DNA of 64,000 nt. Origin: Nageia nagi. Taxonomy: Eukaryota > Plantae > Pinophyta. The stretch lies in NCBI GenBank assembly GCA_050084985.1, contig JBITNC010000001.1:24614001-24678000 (forward strand). Reading direction: 5' to 3'. Below are positions 40,101 to 52,100 of the stretch, in pieces; the stretch's first letter is position 1, and each line of letters starts with the position of its first letter. A program made the translations under genes and the position numbers. The notes beneath the pieces were generated by a model. That model was not told where the DNA came from, searched no databases, and worked only from the letters and a program-made list of their open reading frames with translations.

Positions 40101-43100
40101 GATTGTGGAGGAAAAGTGGAAATGCATCAAAAGTCAAATGTAAATACATAGATGGATGGAAACAATGGTCCTAAGGCACTTTAGGTCTCGAAATTTCCAT
40201 TTTTGAGCAAGTTTAGACCCCCAGAAAGCTAGGCGCAAGTTTCCTAAATTTTCCAAATCCATTGGCATGAAAAATGGCGCCTAGTTTGACAAGATGAAGT
40301 ATTTTTTGACCAAAAATCAAGTTTAGATGCTTGGGAACAAGAAAAAACACCATTCTAAGCACATTTAATACTCAAAATATTCCTTGTTTTCCTTGTTCCC
40401 AAGCATCTAAACTTGATTTTTGTTGAGCATCATAAAGGCTAGGCGCAGGTTTTCAAGGTTATGAAATTCCAATGGAGTGAAAAATGGCACCTACAATGAA
40501 AAAAATGCTAAATTTTGGTCAAAACACAAGTTTGAGGGATCAAATACATGGAAAATGTGATTTTGAGCACATTTAGGTCTTGGAAATCACAAATTTGAGC
40601 AAGTTTTGAGCATCAAAATGCTAGGCGCAGTTTTCCATATTTTTCGAAATACATAGAGGTGAAAAATGTCGCCTAACTTAGAGGGGTAAGTGCAAAACTC
40701 ATTAAAAATTGATTCCAAGGTGTCCATTAGGTGAAAAACATCATTTCTAGCACATTTAAACTTGCAATTTTTCGATTTTGAGCAAGGAAAGTGGTCCAAA
40801 TTCCTACGCGCAGGTTTGCAAGGCTATGGAAATCCAATGGGATGAATTTTGGCACCTAGCATGAGGAAAAAAGGTAAATTTTGTCCAAAACTCAAGTTTG
40901 AACGTATGTGAGCAAGGAAAAGGGCATTTCAAGAAGGTTTAGGTCTACAAAATTTCACTTTTGAGCAAGGGAAATGACCCAAAAGCATAGACACATGTTT
41001 TCATGCCAAAGGATATCCAATAGAGTGTTTTTTGGTGCCTAAGTCAAGGAGGAAGATGGATTTTTTATCAAAAACCAAATTTGAAAACATAAATGAATAA
41101 AAGAACCCATTCCAAGCACATTTAAACTTGCAAATTTTCATTTTGACCAAGTTTGGGGGCTCTACTATATAAGCACAGGTTTTCATGTCATTGAAGATCC
41201 ATTGGGCTGAAAACTAGCGCCTAAGTTGGGAGAATTGACAAATTTTGGTCAAAATTCATGTTTGAGTGCTTCATTGCAAGGAAAATGTCATTTTGAGCAC
41301 ATTTAATACTTCAAATTTTCAATTTTGAGCAACTTAAAGGCACCAAAAAGCTAGGTGCAGGTTTTCATGCCATTAGAAAACCATACAAGTGAAAACTAGT
41401 GCCCAACTTGAGGATTGATATTTGCCTTCATTGCATGGGAAATGACATTCTAAGCAACATTAAACTTGAGGATTTTTGAATTTGAACAAGTTTAGGTGCT
41501 CAAAAAACTTAGAGGCATTTTTCATTCCTATGGAAATTTTCACTTTTTTTCACCAAAAAAATCCATAGACATGAAAATCGAAAATTTTGCCAAAACACCA
41601 AATCCTTTACAAAATCTCCTAAAAAGTTCCAAAACTTCTCAAAACTTTTTAAGTACCTTGTAATCATATCCTTGATCCATCCATGAGCTCAAATCCATTT
41701 TTTAAAAATTTTCCAAATTTCGGACCCTCCCCCCCCATCTTTTTCGAAAAATCCTCTCAGAATCTTTTAAAAATATGCCACAATGATCACATCACAGGCA
41801 AATCTAGATTCAAATAAGGAACGAGCTCAAAAGACTATCAAAAGGATCTAGAAAAAAGATTTGAAGCTCCAATTTTTGATAAATTGATGCAAAACACCTC
41901 GAAATGCATGCCAAAGGGTATCAATTTTTGTAAACATTTAAATTTTAGCATATTTTAGTGGGATGAGACTGTTCTTCCACAAATGATATTGTAATCTCAA
42001 TTTAGCATTTAAATTAGAAATTTTGAAGCTTTTTTAAGAATTAGGGCAACACCCTCAAATTTAACCTAAAAAGTCTATAAATAGACCATAGGGGGTCACT
42101 TTTGAGGCAGAATGTTTTTCGTGCAAATCTGTGAAAAATTGGCAAATTGATGTATCCTTGTAATTTCACACGAATTTAATACAAAATGGTGGAATACTTG
42201 AAACAAAGAGATTTGTCATTTGTGAGATTGTGGATTTGACCATTTTGGAGCTTTTTGAGATGATTTAAAATCTTTCACGTTTTTCTTTGAAAATTTTCAA
42301 ATTTTAGGAAAACTTTTTGAAAATTTTTAAAAGTTTTTGAATCACTTCCAAATCGTTGCCTATCCATAATTTGCAAAGTGAACATATTATGAGCTTTTCT
42401 TCTTTGTATGACATCAAATTAGATTTCCTCATTTGAAACAAAGTTTGTGCGTACTTGTTGTGTTGTGTCTTTCTTTTGATTGCATCGATCCTGCATGCAG
42501 AGTACCGACAATCAGCTTTTCTCCCCGCTCCTCGTAAGAATAGATTGAACTTAAGTTATTCTATTTTTAAGTTGGAGAACTTTGAATGAGACTTATTGAA
42601 TGATCCAGAAATAAGAAACCTTAGACATTGCCTCACTGTGACTTTTTCTTTGTCATCTCACATCAAAACATTCTTGATCACTTTTTTTTTCTTTATTTTA
42701 CACTTTCTTTAAAACTTACAACAACTTTCGAACTATTTCAAGATAAAACACCTCAGTCCCTACAAAAAACATGAGTTAACAGTTATTACCTCTACTACAA
42801 CACTCAATTAATTCCCAAACAAGACCTACACCATTTAAAGCTTGTATTAACGACACGAGCTATCCGATAGAAACCTTGGAATATGAGTCCTTACAAAAGG
42901 AGTTCAGTAACACGTTCTCACCTACATGTTGGATCGCTTTCCCGTCTTGATCGTTTAGGCGATCGCTGAGTAAGAGGAAAGGTTTCCTTCCCCACACATT
43001 GGAGGTGCATGGTTGGGGTCTTGGCAATATCATTGAAGGTGTTGTTGCCCTAAAATATCAAAAATACAAAAAGAGGCATTTGTAAGTGGTTCATGGCATC

Positions 43101-46100
43101 TTTGGTGAAGGGATTCGCTCAATTTGGGAAGTTCGTGGCATTTTTGGGAGCGTTTGTGACATGTGTTTCAAACCTGTTGGCAGCCCCAGACCCTATGCTT
43201 GTATTTGGGGTCAATGTTGAAGAGTTTTTGCATCAGTTTAGCCTTGGGGTCAGTTCATCCCACTTGTGGGAGTTTATATCTGCATTTTGAGTTCCTTGGG
43301 GACTCCATTTGTCCATTCCAGTTGTTGTATTGGTTTGGCAATATTTAATATATGATACTGGTTGATTTCTCCTCATACTTGTGTTATTTTTATGAGCAAT
43401 TTTTGAGTTGTTTTATTACTGCAATTTATCTCTAAATTTTTATGTTGAGGGTTTGCTAGAAAAAAACAAATATATATATATATATAAGGAACATCACAAG
43501 TGGTATCAGAGTTGGAATCTTGCTAGCCTATGGTCAATGTCTATTTTTATGAGTTTTGGCAGTTGTTGGTATCTCAGTTTTCGAGTTTTTCTAAATTAGG
43601 GTTTTTAGAAAAATTAGGGCTTTCAAAATTTTTTTGCGGGTATTTCATATTCATGTTGAAAAATGTTTTTCTATGGTGAAAATTTATGCCCTAGTAAAAA
43701 TTGCAGATTTTTAAGGGATTCATGGATTTTTAAGGGTTTTTTTTAAATAAAAATTGCAAATTTGGATACCCTTTTGGCCAAATTGCAGATTTGTGGTTTC
43801 AGAAAAAAATTTGGTGGTAAGAATTTTTAGTATTTCGAAATTCCATTTTTCTTTAGAGTTTGACAGGGTTTTATGCATCATCCCCCTAGCCATCAGTATT
43901 TTACTAGGAGAAACAAACTTGCTTTGGAAATGGCAAACAGGGAAGAGGATGAGGAGCCTCAAAGGCCAATTAATAGGGGCTGAGCAAAAGCTCGATGCCC
44001 TACTTGACATGCTGCAAAGAATGGTGTCCTTACAAGAGACAAATCAACAAGAATTGAGGGCAACTTTGGGTAACCCAAATGGTACAAGGAGGGAAGGAGA
44101 AAGAGGAAGCACAAAGGGAGTATGAGGAAGTTCCTGAAGGTTCCCTAGCCACTTTGAGTGGGCTGACTTAGTTTCGCACTATTAAAGTACCGGGTAGATA
44201 TTTTGATGAACGGGTTATTGTTTTAATAGATGGTGGTGCTACTTACAATTTTGTTGATGAGAAGTTTGCCACTAGAAAGAATCTTCCTACAGCTATCATT
44301 CCTGGTTTCAGTGTTGCTATTAGCAATGGTGATCTTATCACATGCAACAAAGTGGTAAGAAACATAAAAAATAATTTTGGCAACATGGAAGTAGATGAGC
44401 AATTCTTCGCTTTTCCCTTAGGAGGTATTCCACATATGGTTTTGGGTGTGCAATGGTTGTATTCACTTGGTGATTATGTTACTAATTATCAAAAATTCGA
44501 ACTAAAATTTGTGCTTGAAGGGAAAGATGTGGTGTTGCAAGAAATCAAGGAAAATGGGCCAAAAGATTCTGCAAAATTTTGGAGGTCTCTTGCAAAAGAA
44601 TGGAGAAAAAGATGAGGCATAGGGACATTGAGTGGACAGCTGTAATTTTCAGTACAGAAGGAAAAAAATCAGCAACCTATCATCCTCAAATTCAAGGTTT
44701 GCTACAAAAGCATCTTAAGGTATTTTCTGACCTACCTAATGGTTTGCCACCTAATAGAGGTTTTCAGCATGTTATTGAATTGGAAGCAAATAGTAAACTT
44801 GTTATAATAAAACCTTATAGGCATCCAAAGGTTTTTAAAGATGAGATTGAGAAAACAATTGTTGGATTGCTTGAGAGTGGACACAGTAGACTTAGTTGTA
44901 GTCCTTTTGCTTCACCTGTTGTTTTAGTGAAAAGGAAGGATGGAACTATAAGAATGTGCATTGATTATAGGGCATTGAATAAAAAGACCATAAAAAATAG
45001 ATATCCTATTCCTAGAGTTGATGAATTGATAGATGAGTTACATGGGGCTATGTATTTTTCAAAAAATTGATCTTAGATCAGGATATCATCAAATTCATAT
45101 GAGGGATGAGGATATGTATAAAACGGCATTTAGATGCCATTGTGGACACTATGAGTTTATGGTTATGCCTTTGGGATTGACTAATGCACCCACCACTTTT
45201 CAATCAGCCATGAATCAAATTTTCAATCAGCATTTGAGGCGCTTTGTCTTGGTATTTTTTGATGATATTTTGGTATATATCAAAAATTGGGATGATCATT
45301 TACAACATTTAGATTTAGTTTTGAGCATTTTATGACAGCAAGAGTTTTATGCAAAAGAATCTAAATGTGAATTTGCTAGTTGAAATTTTGTACTTGGGGC
45401 ATATTATTTGCAAAGATGGGGTGAAAGTTGATCAAATTAAAGTTTCAGCTGTACAAAGATGGCCTATACCATCCAACCTAACAGAATTGAGAGGTTTTGA
45501 GGGTTTATGCAGTTACTACAGAAGGTTCATTAAGGGGTTTTCTTCTTTGGCTGCCTCCCCTTACTGAATTGACTAATAAAGGGGCTTTTTCATGGTCCAA
45601 TGAGGCTCTTCTAGCTTTTCTAAATCTGAAGGATGTAATGACTTCCACTTCTTTACTTGTTATTCCTGATTTTTCTATTGCTTTTACTATTGCTTGTGAT
45701 GCTTCAGGTGTGGAAGTTGGAGTTGTGCTTATGCAACAAGGTCACCCCATTGCCTATGAGAGTAAAAAGATTTCAAATGTGGAGAAAACTTTCAACATCT
45801 ATGATAAAGAGATGCTAGCTATCATGCATGCCTTGACCAAATTCAAGCAATACTTGGTGTGTGGCAAGTTTGTGGTCAAAATTGATCATAACAATTTAAA
45901 ATATTTCTTAAGGCAAGCTGAGCTAAATGAAAGGCAGCAAAAATAGGTGACAAAGTTGCAATCATATGATTTTGAAATTGAGTTTGTAAAGGATAAGAAG
46001 AATTTAGCTACTGATGCACTTTCTAGGCACCCTACTTTTCATTCTCTTTCCATTATTTCTGTTGATTGGAAGGTGAAAATTATGGCTAAATATATGAAAA

Positions 46101-49100
46101 ATGATTTTTGTTCTAAACTAATAAATGGGCAAGTTGAAGATGACAGATTCAGCCATAAAGGACTAATTTTTTGAAAAGGAAGAGTGTTTTTAGTACCTGA
46201 ATCAAAGCTGAAACAAGCTTTAATTACAGCCATGCATGATGCTCCACTTGTAGGCCATCTAGGTTTCTACAAGACTTACAAACAGGTTAGAGAAAGATTC
46301 TATTGGAAAGGTTTGAAAAGGGATGTTTTCTTGCATGTTCAGGAATGTGTTATTTGCCAAGAAAACAAGGGAGAACATGAATTTTCAACTGGTTTACTTC
46401 AACCACATCCTATTCCCAATCAGAAATGGGAAAATATCTCCATGGATTTCATTACTAGTTTGCCCAAGGTATACATTAGGGATTGCATATTTGTTGTTGT
46501 TGCCATTTCAACAACTTATACAGCCATACAAGTTGCTGATTTGTTTCTTAAAGAAGTTTTCAGATTGCATGGTTTGCCTAAATCCATTGAGTGATAGGGA
46601 TAGCAGATTTTTGAACATGTTTTGGCAGGAATTGTTTAAGCTATGTGGTAATAAATTGAGTCCTAGTACTAGCTACCATCCCCAAACTGATGGGCAAACT
46701 GAAATTGTTAACAAATGGCTTGAAGGATATTTGAGAAATTATGTTTCAGGTCAACAAAATGCATGGGTTAAATGGCTGCACCTTGGTGAATATTGCTACA
46801 ATTCTACTTATCATATCTCCATAAAAATGTCTCCATTCAAAGCACTTTATAGTTATGATGCCCCACACTTTTCAAATCTGATTTTTGGTGATTCAAGGGT
46901 CCAAAAAGCTAGAGACTTTGCTGCAGAAATCAAGTTATTCTTAATGCTTTGAAGGACAATATTTTTATGGCACAAAAGCAACAAAAGAAGTATGTAGATC
47001 AGCAGCGTAGTGAGCGCTCATTTGAGGTGGGTGACTTGGTTTATGTTAGGTTGCAACCCTACAAACAATCCATATTGAAGAAGAGTGGAGCAGAGAAGCT
47101 AAAACCCAAGTTCTATGGGCCTTACAAAGTGATTAGTAAGGTTGGACATGTTGCATATGCTTTGGAAATTCCAAGTGAGTAAGATACACAATGTTTTTCA
47201 TGTTTCTTGCTTGAAAAAGGCTCTAGGCCAACATATTCAGCCATCTTCAGATTTGCCACCCCTTGATGAAGGAAAGCTCATTCTTGATCCTGAATTGATC
47301 CTTAAGACAAGGGAGAGAAAGCTTAGGAGGAGGACTATCAAAGAATATCTTGTGAAGTGGAAAGACTTGCCTATGAAGGATATTACTCGGGAAGGTGCAG
47401 AAATTTTGGATGCTCCAGCCTTGACTTTGCTTAAGGACGAGCAATTTGAAGAGGGTGGACTTGTAATGTCCCAAAAAAAAAAAAAATTTGTAAATGTCTC
47501 CTACACTTAATTATAAAAGTGAAAAAAGGGATTCATGTGACTAGGAGACATAACTTGAGTTGTGTTTATTTATGTTTTATGTTTTTATGTTGTAATAGGG
47601 CACTTTAAGTGATTTTAGGGTTGGGAGATGTCAACTCCAAATTAGAACTTCATCATATAAAAGGAATTGAGCGTCTCATTTTGGGCATGTTATGTTGATA
47701 TCAAAATTGAATATTGAAACCCTAGAGTTTCCATGAGTTGAGATTGCAAGTCTTGCTCATTCCCATAGTGCATTGGAGGTGCATGGTTGGGGTCTTGGCA
47801 ATATCATTGAAGGTGTTGTTGCCCTAAAATATCAAAAATACTAAAAAAGGCATCTGTGAGTGGTTCGTGGCATTTTTGGTGAAGGGATTCACTCAGTTTG
47901 GGAAATTCGTGGCATTTTTTAGAGCGTTTGTGACATGTGTTTCAAACCTGTTGGCAGCCCCAAACCCTATGCTTGTATTTGGGGTCAATGTTGAGGAGTT
48001 TTTGCATCAATTCAGCCTTGGGGTCAGTTTGTCCTACTTGTGGGAGTTTGTATCTGCATTTTGAGTTCCTTGGGGACTCCATTTGTCCATTCCAGTTGTT
48101 GTATTGGTTTGGTAATATTTCATATATGATACTAGCTGATTTCTCCTCATACTTGTGTTATTTTACGAGCAATTTTTAATTTGTTTTATTGCTGCAATTT
48201 ATCTCTGCATTTTTATGTTGAGGGTTTGCTAAAAAAAAAATAAATAAGTAAATATATATATATATATATATATGTTCATCCCACTTGTGGGAGTTTGTAA
48301 CTGCATTTTGAGTTCCTTTGGGACTCCATTTGTCCATTCCAGTTGTTGTATTGGTTTGGCAATATTTAATATATGATATTGGCTGATTTCTCCTCATACT
48401 TGTGTTATTTTATGAGCAATTTCTAAGTTGTTTTATTGCTGCAATTTATCTCTGCATTTTTATGTTGAAGGTTTGCTAAAATATATATATATATATATTA
48501 AGAACATCACATTATACTCCATCATGGCCATTTAGAAGGGGATTTTGGCATTTGGGATTTTTGCATTTGGAATATTGCATACCGTTGATTGCACAAGATT
48601 TTGCATTTGTAAGAACTGGAAGAATTCTTTGCATTTGCAAAATTGAAGAATGCATAGCACACGTGCCATTTCTACGTATCATTGTCTATCTGTGAGGATT
48701 TAGCATGTATGTGAATTTGCATATGAAAAGATTTCAGCATTCCATTGCATAGAAGATTGTTGCATAAGGGGTTCTATGCTTGCTATAATTGCATACCATT
48801 GCATCTCTATTTTGAGTATCATTTTAAGGTTACTGCTATCAAGCAAGGAATGTCCTTGCTCATGTTATTGAATATCATTATACATTGATTTCTTTCTAGA
48901 ATAGAGCTACAAAGTAAATACTATGAAGATTGTCATTTGTGGGATTATGCATGTTTGAATAGTTTTCTTCTTGAAGTTGCATATTGAATATTTGTTGAAA
49001 TGGTTTAAGCTATTCTTTGCATGGTTTGCACGCAAGTGAATTGTATTCTAGGGTGTATAGCTTGTCTCTATGTCATTCGGTGAGATCCATGTATTCATGC

Positions 49101-52100
49101 TTTCACCTCATTTATTCTTATTCCACAAAGTCTTCCACCAAGACCCTACAGCTCTTTGCTCTCGTCTGGTAGTAATTTGAGCGCTTATTGCTATTTGCTG
49201 CCCAATTTAATAATGAATACACCCATCTTAATGAATCCAAAGATGACCTACCGAAACACTGTATCACTAGTGATACCTTCATAAGTTCATCTTTCTTTAT
49301 ATTCTTTTGCACTCATCCCTGTGTTTGTCCCTACATTTGTGATCTTTCTTCGCTTTCGTTCACATTTGCAATCTTTTCTCATTGTGGAAAAGAACTCTGG
49401 CGTTGTATTTCCCTTGTATACGATTAACAACATGCATATCTAACTATTTTGCCTTAAGACCATATTCAATGTGAGTGCTTGGGGTGACCAGTCCTTTCAA
49501 GCGGAAACAAGTAACGTTGTTTCCTCCAAATCTTGTGCATGTTTTGGACTAGGAAAGAAAAACATACCAACAAATTCATTAGCACCAAAAAAATTATCAA
49601 ATAAGTGACTTCACTCATACAATGCAAAAAAACAGATTATTTATTATTAAAATAAAGCATTTCAAGTTTATGTTATTAAAGTATATTCTACAAGATGCAT
49701 AATAGCATATATTTATTTGAACATACAAAAGGCATTGATGGACTATACATACTGAATATTCATTCATTTACATCAAGACATGCAAAACATGTGTGGAGGA
49801 TATATTACAAATATAAGTAGCCCATGTGAATATTTCTCATGATATATTCAAAGTCAAACCATGATATTGTAAATGACATCTCATCACACCTAAAAGAGTG
49901 AAATTATTAACTAACGTCCAATCAAAATCATATTGTATGAATCCATAAGGAAGAATCAAAAATATTATCAAATTCTTGTCACACAAATTTCTCACAGCAC
50001 TTTAAAAATTAAAATCTTTACACTTTTTAATTTGGCTGCTTACACCTTCGCTTGAAGCGAAACTTAAATACGACACAAGTTTGGACAGAGTCAATGTCAG
50101 AGCACTGGCATTTTAAAGATTTATATCATATAAACTACTGAGTGAGTGACTCACCTATAGTTGTTCAATTGTAGCAGCACCCCAAGTCCCAGAAGCAACT
50201 GGAAGCCCAGAAAGCATAAGCCTTGGAAAGGTCTTAAGGCACCACATGCAATTGGACGTGACTTCGTCCTTTGTACCTGAAAGAAGGTGATGTTGTTCAA
50301 GCTTTGTTTAAAATAGCATATGCTGATTTTAACAATTATCATTCTAGTGACAAGAAATGCAAAATTAAAGTATAAAATAGTAATTAATGCTTTTCTAAAT
50401 AAAATTTGGGATACACGGTATGCAACTTCAGAAGTTTCAGTAAATTGGAAGTACATCTGAAAATCCCATAGATAAGAATAATGATTGTTCAAAATGGAAT
50501 GTTGCCACAAAAATGGAAATTGGAGGTCCATAGCCACAGGCATTGAGTGTCGGCGATAAAATCATGTGGAATATAGGCCTACACCCTTAAACTGTCCATT
50601 AGAGTAGGACATATCCTGAAGGTACAAAAGGAAGAAGCACTCATACAGCCAGAAAGAAAATTTATTCATGTCTACAGATAAGCAAAGGAGATCAATGGCA
50701 CTTGAAAAGATGTCTGTATTCATAATGTAGAAGCCAAAGGAGGCTGTAAACCAAAAACAACCAAATGTTTTCTGTGCAAATGTTACTCTAAGTCTGTGTT
50801 TAGCAAAAATAGCTACTTTCTATATTATTTGCAATGAATCCATTTCTTTGTACCTCTTCCAGATCTGAAATCTCTAGTTTTAAATAAGGCTTGTTCAATG
50901 AATTGTTGGATTATATATGGATAATTCTCAGTGCATAACATGCAAATGCACAGATAGGCCCTACGATAGATAGTTACTAAACTAAGGCAAAGAGTCTCCT
51001 CTTTGTTTATGGAAACTTTTAATTTTTTATATGTATTGATATCGTGGCCATATCTTTTTACGGCCAAATCACCATAATGTTTACCCTTTTTTTTTTCAAA
51101 TACGTTGATGTAACTAACCTATAAGTTGGCTGAGTTGAAGCCATTGTGCCAATGGACTTTCCCAATACACAGTAGGGTACAGCATCTTTTAAACACATCT
51201 GAATTCAGCCAATAGATGATATTTTTCACACAAACTAGTTTTTTATAATTTTGCAACAAACCTAGAGCAATTTCTTTCATGTGAAATTTTGGCAGTTGGA
51301 ATATTGTTTGGTTTAGTGATCCTACTTCAAGAATTGAAGTGTCCCTGAAGACCCTGAAGACTGCATAACTGAAGTCAAGCTTCTCATCATTGTAGTTGTC
51401 ATCAAACATACAGATCTTCATTTTTACATCCATATTAAAAACAGTCTATGTGGCTAATTTCTTGGGTGGCAAATTCACAAGAGCATTATCTGGAATGCAG
51501 ATCATTTCATTTATGCCCACAGTCTGTTTTTCAGCTTCACTCGTAAGGATCTCAAAAGAAATAGCAATGACCAGATCATATAATTATTCAACTTCCTGGT
51601 GCGTCTTTCATAGCCGTTGTTAACAAATAATGAGCTAAGTAAATAAGATCCACAAAGGTGCTCAAAAAACAATTTGACTTCATTTTTCGAAGGTGCAATG
51701 CCATAATGGTTGGAGCTTGCCTAAAGCATGCTTTCTAGGAATATTTAGATTTGTCCAAGGATGCTACAACAATGATGACGGTAGCAAAAACTCCATAATG
51801 AATTAGTAAACTAGAGAAAAGACAGTGTTGATCATAGTTTTAAAAATCAGAAAAAACTGCATCAACAGAATATTTCATTTTTGGGCAATTACTTGCTGGA
51901 ACGAATAATAAGCCATATGTACATCCTAAGCCCATTATTTGGCCTATGTAGCCAAAAAAACTAGAATGCATAAAAATGTCAGCATAGTCTCATTTTTCAC
52001 TTTTCATTTGGCAACCGGAGCTGTGGAGAGGAGAAGGCAACAAAGGGGATGAGAAAGAAAGAAAATATATTAATGTCTAAAGGTGACTAGAAAATAGAAA

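Larger units (their letters stand above)
38697..48511 (+). mobile_element. Ty3/gypsy chromovirus-type LTR retrotransposon with both LTRs and gag largely deleted
   Basis: TSD TTATA (38692-38696 and 48512-48516); 5' LTR 38697-43498 (interrupted); PBS TGGTATCAGAG at 43501; PPT at about 47448-47459; 3' LTR 47462-48511. Confidence 0.96.
27996..49572 (+). mobile_element. Outermost LTR ('LTR X'), split by nested insertions into 27996-28842, about 38575-38696 and 48517-49572
   Basis: Termini TGTTGG (27996) and CCAACA (49572). Removing the gypsy insertion rejoins cctatttata|ctccatc (TATA-like). Assigning the 5' piece to the same LTR is an inference. Confidence 0.45.

Noticed and set aside
43093-43348. 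Duplicated small ORFs at 43093/47867 and 43163/47937 as a gene pair
   Set aside because: They are the same stretch of the two chromovirus LTRs.
50151-50543. ORF-track 130-aa protein (and similarly 24108-24431 and 63188-63427) as complete CDSs
   Set aside because: Only the exon parts match COQ2; the remainder is intron read-through.
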